This document shows, in pieces, positions 60,586 through 64,000 of a DNA stretch of 64,000 nt; position 1 is the stretch's first letter; the number at the start of each line of letters is the position of its first letter. The translations under genes and the position numbers were made by a program. The stretch comes from Candidatus Pelagibacter sp. GTDB taxonomy: Bacteria; Pseudomonadota; Alphaproteobacteria; Pelagibacterales; Pelagibacteraceae. The notes below the pieces were generated by a model that was not told the origin of the DNA, ran no database searches, and saw nothing but the letters and a program-made list of their open reading frames with translations. The stretch covers positions 1,031,199-1,095,198 of the forward strand of contig NZ_JBNGZR010000001.1 in NCBI RefSeq assembly GCF_052046145.1, written 5' to 3'.

Positions 60586-61481
60586 AAAAAAAATACCCAA
60601 GAGATTTAGTGGGATATGGTTCCAAAAAAGTTAAGGTAAAGTGGCCTGGTAATGCTAAGTTAGCTTTGCAATTTGTACTTAATTACGAGGAGGGAGCAGA
60701 AAATTGTACTCTTCATGGTGATAAAACTTCAGAAGTATTTTTATCAGAAATTATAGGAGCAAAACCAATTAAAGGTCGACACTTAAATATGGAATCAATT
60801 TATGAATATGGATCAAGAAGAGGGTTTTGGAGAATTCATGATCTATTTAATAAAAAGAAAATTCCACTTACTATTTTTGGAGTTGGTATGGCATTGGAGA
60901 GAAATAAAGAAGTTTGTTCTGCTATAAAAAAAGCAAAGTATGAAGTTGCTTGTCATGGGTGGAGATGGATTGATTATCAAAATGTATCAAAGAAAAAAGA
61001 AAAGAATGATATGAAACTTGCAGTCAAATCTATAAAAAAGATTTTTGGCTATCAACCTGCTGGTTGGTACACTGGTAGGTGTAGTACAAATACTTTAGAT
61101 TTAGTAATCGAAAATGGTGATTTTTTATACTGTAGCGACACATATAGTGATGATCTTCCTTATTGGATAAAAAAAGGTAGTAAAAAACAACTCATGGTTC
61201 CTTATACACTCGATAACAATGATATGAGATTTGCAACTAATCAAGGATTTAATTCGGGTGAACAATTTTATAATTATTTAAAAGATAGTTTCGATGCCCT
61301 TTATGAGGAAGGAAAAACTTCACCAAAGATGATGTCGGTTGGCTTACATTGTAGATTAATTGGAAGACCTGGTAGAATACAGTCTCTTAAAAAATTTTTA
61401 AATTACATTACAAAATTTAAGGATATTTGGATCTGCAAAAGAGTAGATATAGCTAAACATTGGATAAAAAATTACAGTTAA
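60582..61481 (+). CDS. puuE: Allantoinase PuuE (polysaccharide deacetylase fold)
   Basis: YPRDLVGY, NYEEGAE, YEYGSR, HGWRW, MSVGLHCR. Confidence 0.95.
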   Translation: MKKKYPRDLVGYGSKKVKVKWPGNAKLALQFVLNYEEGAENCTLHGDKTSEVFLSEIIGAKPIKGRHLNMESIYEYGSRRGFWRIHDLFNKKKIPLTIFGVGMALERNKEVCSAIKKAKYEVACHGWRWIDYQNVSKKKEKNDMKLAVKSIKKIFGYQPAGWYTGRCSTNTLDLVIENGDFLYCSDTYSDDLPYWIKKGSKKQLMVPYTLDNNDMRFATNQGFNSGEQFYNYLKDSFDALYEEGKTSPKMMSVGLHCRLIGRPGRIQSLKKFLNYITKFKDIWICKRVDIAKHWIKNYS

Positions 61482-61488
61482 ATTTTTA

Positions 61489-61812
61489 TTATTGTTCAGC
61501 AGCTATAGAAGTATAGTGAGCAACTGCTTCTATTTCATCATCAGTTAATATACCCTCCATCGCAGGCATTACTCCTATACCGTTTCTAACTGCCATTATA
61601 ATTCTTTGAATATCGGGTCTAATTTCATTTAAATTTGGACCAACCATTGCGTTCGATCCAGCATCTGAGAGCATATGGCATGCTGCACAATTTCCAGCCC
61701 CCAGAAAAACTTCTTTTCCCTTATTAAACAATTCATCGGCATTAACCTGGGTTAATGATGAAAATATCAAAAATAATAATGTACAAAAGAAATTTAAAAA
61801 TAATTTTTTCAC
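61489..61812 (-). CDS. Monoheme class I c-type cytochrome with signal peptide
   Basis: CAACH, GPNL, GVMPAM axial Met. Confidence 0.9.
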   Translation of the reverse strand: MKKLFLNFFCTLLFLIFSSLTQVNADELFNKGKEVFLGAGNCAACHMLSDAGSNAMVGPNLNEIRPDIQRIIMAVRNGIGVMPAMEGILTDDEIEAVAHYTSIAAEQ

Positions 61813-61855
61813 ATAAATTTGGTATCATAATTAAAAAAAATTAAAAAGGAGAATT

Positions 61856-62143
61856 ATGAAAGCTTATTGGGTTGCAAATTATACAGAAATAAAAGACGAC
61901 GAAAGACTTAAAAAATATGCCGTTAAAGCTAAAGAAGCGGTTGAAAAATATTCTGGAAAAATAATAGCGAGAAGTGCAAATAATATAACTTTAGAAGGTA
62001 GGGAAATGGTTAGAGTAGCACTTGCAGAATTTCCAGATATTGAAACAGCAAAAAATTGTTACAATTCCAAAGAGTATGTTGAAGCTAGAAAACATTTGGA
62101 AAATAATGCTACTCGAGAACATATAATTTTTGAGGGAATGTAA
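61856..62143 (+). CDS. DUF1330 family protein
   Basis: AYWVA, EFPDIETAKNCYNSKEY; AAGGAG Shine-Dalgarno. Confidence 0.85.
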   Translation: MKAYWVANYTEIKDDERLKKYAVKAKEAVEKYSGKIIARSANNITLEGREMVRVALAEFPDIETAKNCYNSKEYVEARKHLENNATREHIIFEGM

Positions 62144-62155
62144 GCTGATAAAGGC

Positions 62156-62791
62156 TTAATATTGAATAGGTTCGGGATCTATACTTCTCCATAAATACCA
62201 AGTCGCTACAGAACAGTAAGGGGAAAACTTTTTGTTTAAATATTTCACGTAACTTTCAGGTGGAAGATATTTTTTATTAAAATTTTTTGAAATAGCTCTT
62301 AACAAACCAATATCTTGGATTGGCCAAATATTAGGACGATTATAAGTAAATAATAAAATCATTTCTGCTGACCATCTTCCAATTTGTCTTAATTGAGAAA
62401 GATATATTATGGCATCTTCATCAGACATATTTGAAATAAGTCTTGGATTAAACTCTTTACTTAATATTTTTTGGGCTAAACTTTTTATTCCTTTCACTTT
62501 CTGTCTACTTAGACCGCAGCTTTTGAGCTGAACAGTAGATAACTTACTTACTGTTTTTGCGTTAATTTTATTTTTACATTTTTTCTTAAATTTTAAAAAA
62601 ACTGAATTAGCAGCAGCTACACTAATTTGTTGTCCAATTATACTTTTACAGAGGGAGAAAAAAACATCTTTTCTTGTAGTTAGTACTGTCTCTGAAGGGG
62701 ATTTATATTTTTTAATCAAAGAAGACATGATTTTATCTTTTTTAGATAAATATTTTTTTGCTTTATTCCAATATGATGGGGTTTTACTCAT
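62156..62791 (-). CDS. alkA: DNA-3-methyladenine glycosylase II (HhH-GPD)
   Basis: IIGQQIS, QIGRWSAEM, PIQDIG, TWYLW. Confidence 0.88.
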   Translation of the reverse strand: MSKTPSYWNKAKKYLSKKDKIMSSLIKKYKSPSETVLTTRKDVFFSLCKSIIGQQISVAAANSVFLKFKKKCKNKINAKTVSKLSTVQLKSCGLSRQKVKGIKSLAQKILSKEFNPRLISNMSDEDAIIYLSQLRQIGRWSAEMILLFTYNRPNIWPIQDIGLLRAISKNFNKKYLPPESYVKYLNKKFSPYCSVATWYLWRSIDPEPIQY

Positions 62792-63665
62792 GTCGTGAAA
62801 CAGATAACTTTTTTTTCAAATACATCTCTCTTCTAAATATAATTATAGATGAAACTATAACTAATAAAGCTCCTAATAATGTTTTAGAGGTTGGTATTTC
62901 GTTCCAAATAAAATATCCAAATATTATAGCAAAGACTAATCCAAGATATTTTAAAGGGGAAACTAAACTTACTTCTGAATATTTATAAGATTGTGATAAC
63001 CATAAATTAGCAAGACCACCTAATATACCAACCATAGATAGCAAAAATAAATCAATTAAACTTGGCAAAATCCATCCCTGATAAATAGATAGAAAACTTA
63101 AAAGCATTATTGAGAATGAAAAGAAAAAACTAATCAACCAGGCAGGTTCAGTCGATGATAATTTTCTTATAGCAATAGCAACGTAAGATAGACCTAAGCA
63201 AAAAATTATTGGATAAATATAATATAAATTTAAAGAGCTAAAACCTGGTTCAGTTATGAAAATTATACCAACAAATCCAACTAGGACCGCTAACCATCTA
63301 TAAATACCAACTTTTTCTTTTAATAAAAAAATTGAAAATATTGTTATAAATATTGGTGCTGCAAAAGATATACTCACAACTGTTGCCAAAGGTAAATTTC
63401 TTAGTGCTACAAATATAGAAACCAAAGCAATTAATCCTGCTAAACATCTTTTAAAATGAAGAAATGGTCTAGTTGTTTTATAAAAATCTAAATATCTATC
63501 TTTAGGAATAAGAAATAAAATAGGAATTATTCCACAAAATCCTCTGAAAAATAATACTTGTCCAACGGGATAATCCTCAGACCATTTAACAATCACATCC
63601 ATAAGTGAAAATGCACATACCGATATGAACATGTAAAAAAAGCCTAATTGATTTTTTGATAGCAT
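62784..63665 (-). CDS. DMT/EamA family transporter
   Basis: About 10 TM; FFRG, FAAPIF, EKVGIYRW, YLGLVF. Confidence 0.88.
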   Translation of the reverse strand: MLSKNQLGFFYMFISVCAFSLMDVIVKWSEDYPVGQVLFFRGFCGIIPILFLIPKDRYLDFYKTTRPFLHFKRCLAGLIALVSIFVALRNLPLATVVSISFAAPIFITIFSIFLLKEKVGIYRWLAVLVGFVGIIFITEPGFSSLNLYYIYPIIFCLGLSYVAIAIRKLSSTEPAWLISFFFSFSIMLLSFLSIYQGWILPSLIDLFLLSMVGILGGLANLWLSQSYKYSEVSLVSPLKYLGLVFAIIFGYFIWNEIPTSKTLLGALLVIVSSIIIFRREMYLKKKLSVSRHE

Positions 63666-63699
63666 ATGATTAACTTTAGATTAATTAAGTTAATTATCA

Positions 63700-64000
63700 A
63701 TGGAAATAGCAATTTTAGGATTAGGATGTTTTTGGGGACCAGAAATTAAGTTTAGTAAACTTGATGGAGTTATTAAAACAGAAGTAGGTTATTGTGGAGG
63801 TCATAATGCTGAAACCAATTACAAAGAAGTATGCACAGGCACAACAAATCATGCAGAAGTAGTAAAATTAGATTTTGATCCTAAAGTAATATCTTACGAG
63901 AAAATTCTTGAATATTTTTTTGAAATTCATGATCCAACAACTTTAAATTCTCAAGGACCAGATTTTGGAACCCAATATAGAAGTGAAATATTTTATTTAA
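63700..64000 (+). CDS. msrA: Peptide methionine sulfoxide reductase A (3' truncated by window edge)
   Basis: Manual translation [13 protein letters not shown]...[20 protein letters not shown]...[19 protein letters not shown]; not in the ORF track. Confidence 0.95.
   Translation, partial: MEIAILGLGCFWGPEIKFSKLDGVIKTEVGYCGGHNAETNYKEVCTGTTNHAEVVKLDFDPKVISYEKILEYFFEIHDPTTLNSQGPDFGTQYRSEIFYL

Noticed and set aside
45389-61855. Treating the whole purine cluster as a mobile element
   Set aside because: No integrase, transposase, tRNA or terminal repeat found at its outer ends, and composition looks like the host

Overview
A very AT-rich, tightly packed alphaproteobacterial chromosome segment. Gene content, gene order and minimal intergenic spacing point to Pelagibacterales (SAR11); this is an inference, as no rRNA marker is present. 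About 1-45 kb is mostly core genome: rnhA end, Prx5, thrC, the aa3 cytochrome c oxidase operon, ubiA-msbA-waaA-lpxK-lpxL, purD, pgi, lspA-ileS-ribF, groESL, typA, tldD/pmbA, cfa, ptrB and ibpA. About 45.4-61.5 kb is an accessory purine uptake, salvage and catabolism cluster: NCS2 permease, BMP-type ABC transporter, two CDA-fold deaminases, a PRTase, puuD, xdhAB, uraH, uraD, alc, allA and puuE. The window ends with a cytochrome c, DUF1330, alkA, a DMT transporter and a partial msrA. No rRNA, tRNA, CRISPR array, transposase or integrase was seen. Best leads: (1) a 1,499-bp integrase-less islet at the groEL stop codon, bounded by a 10-bp direct repeat, with a second terminator and arm-site-like repeats, carrying a secreted beta-lactamase-fold hydrolase with a CxxCH motif; (2) a PuuD urate oxidase lacking its cytochrome c domain, with a stand-alone cytochrome c at the cluster edge; (3) an orphan deaminase heading the nucleoside ABC operon; (4) a compact ROSE-like thermometer upstream of ibpA; (5) two small ORFs missing from the ORF track. 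All calls come from reading motifs by eye; no database search was run.
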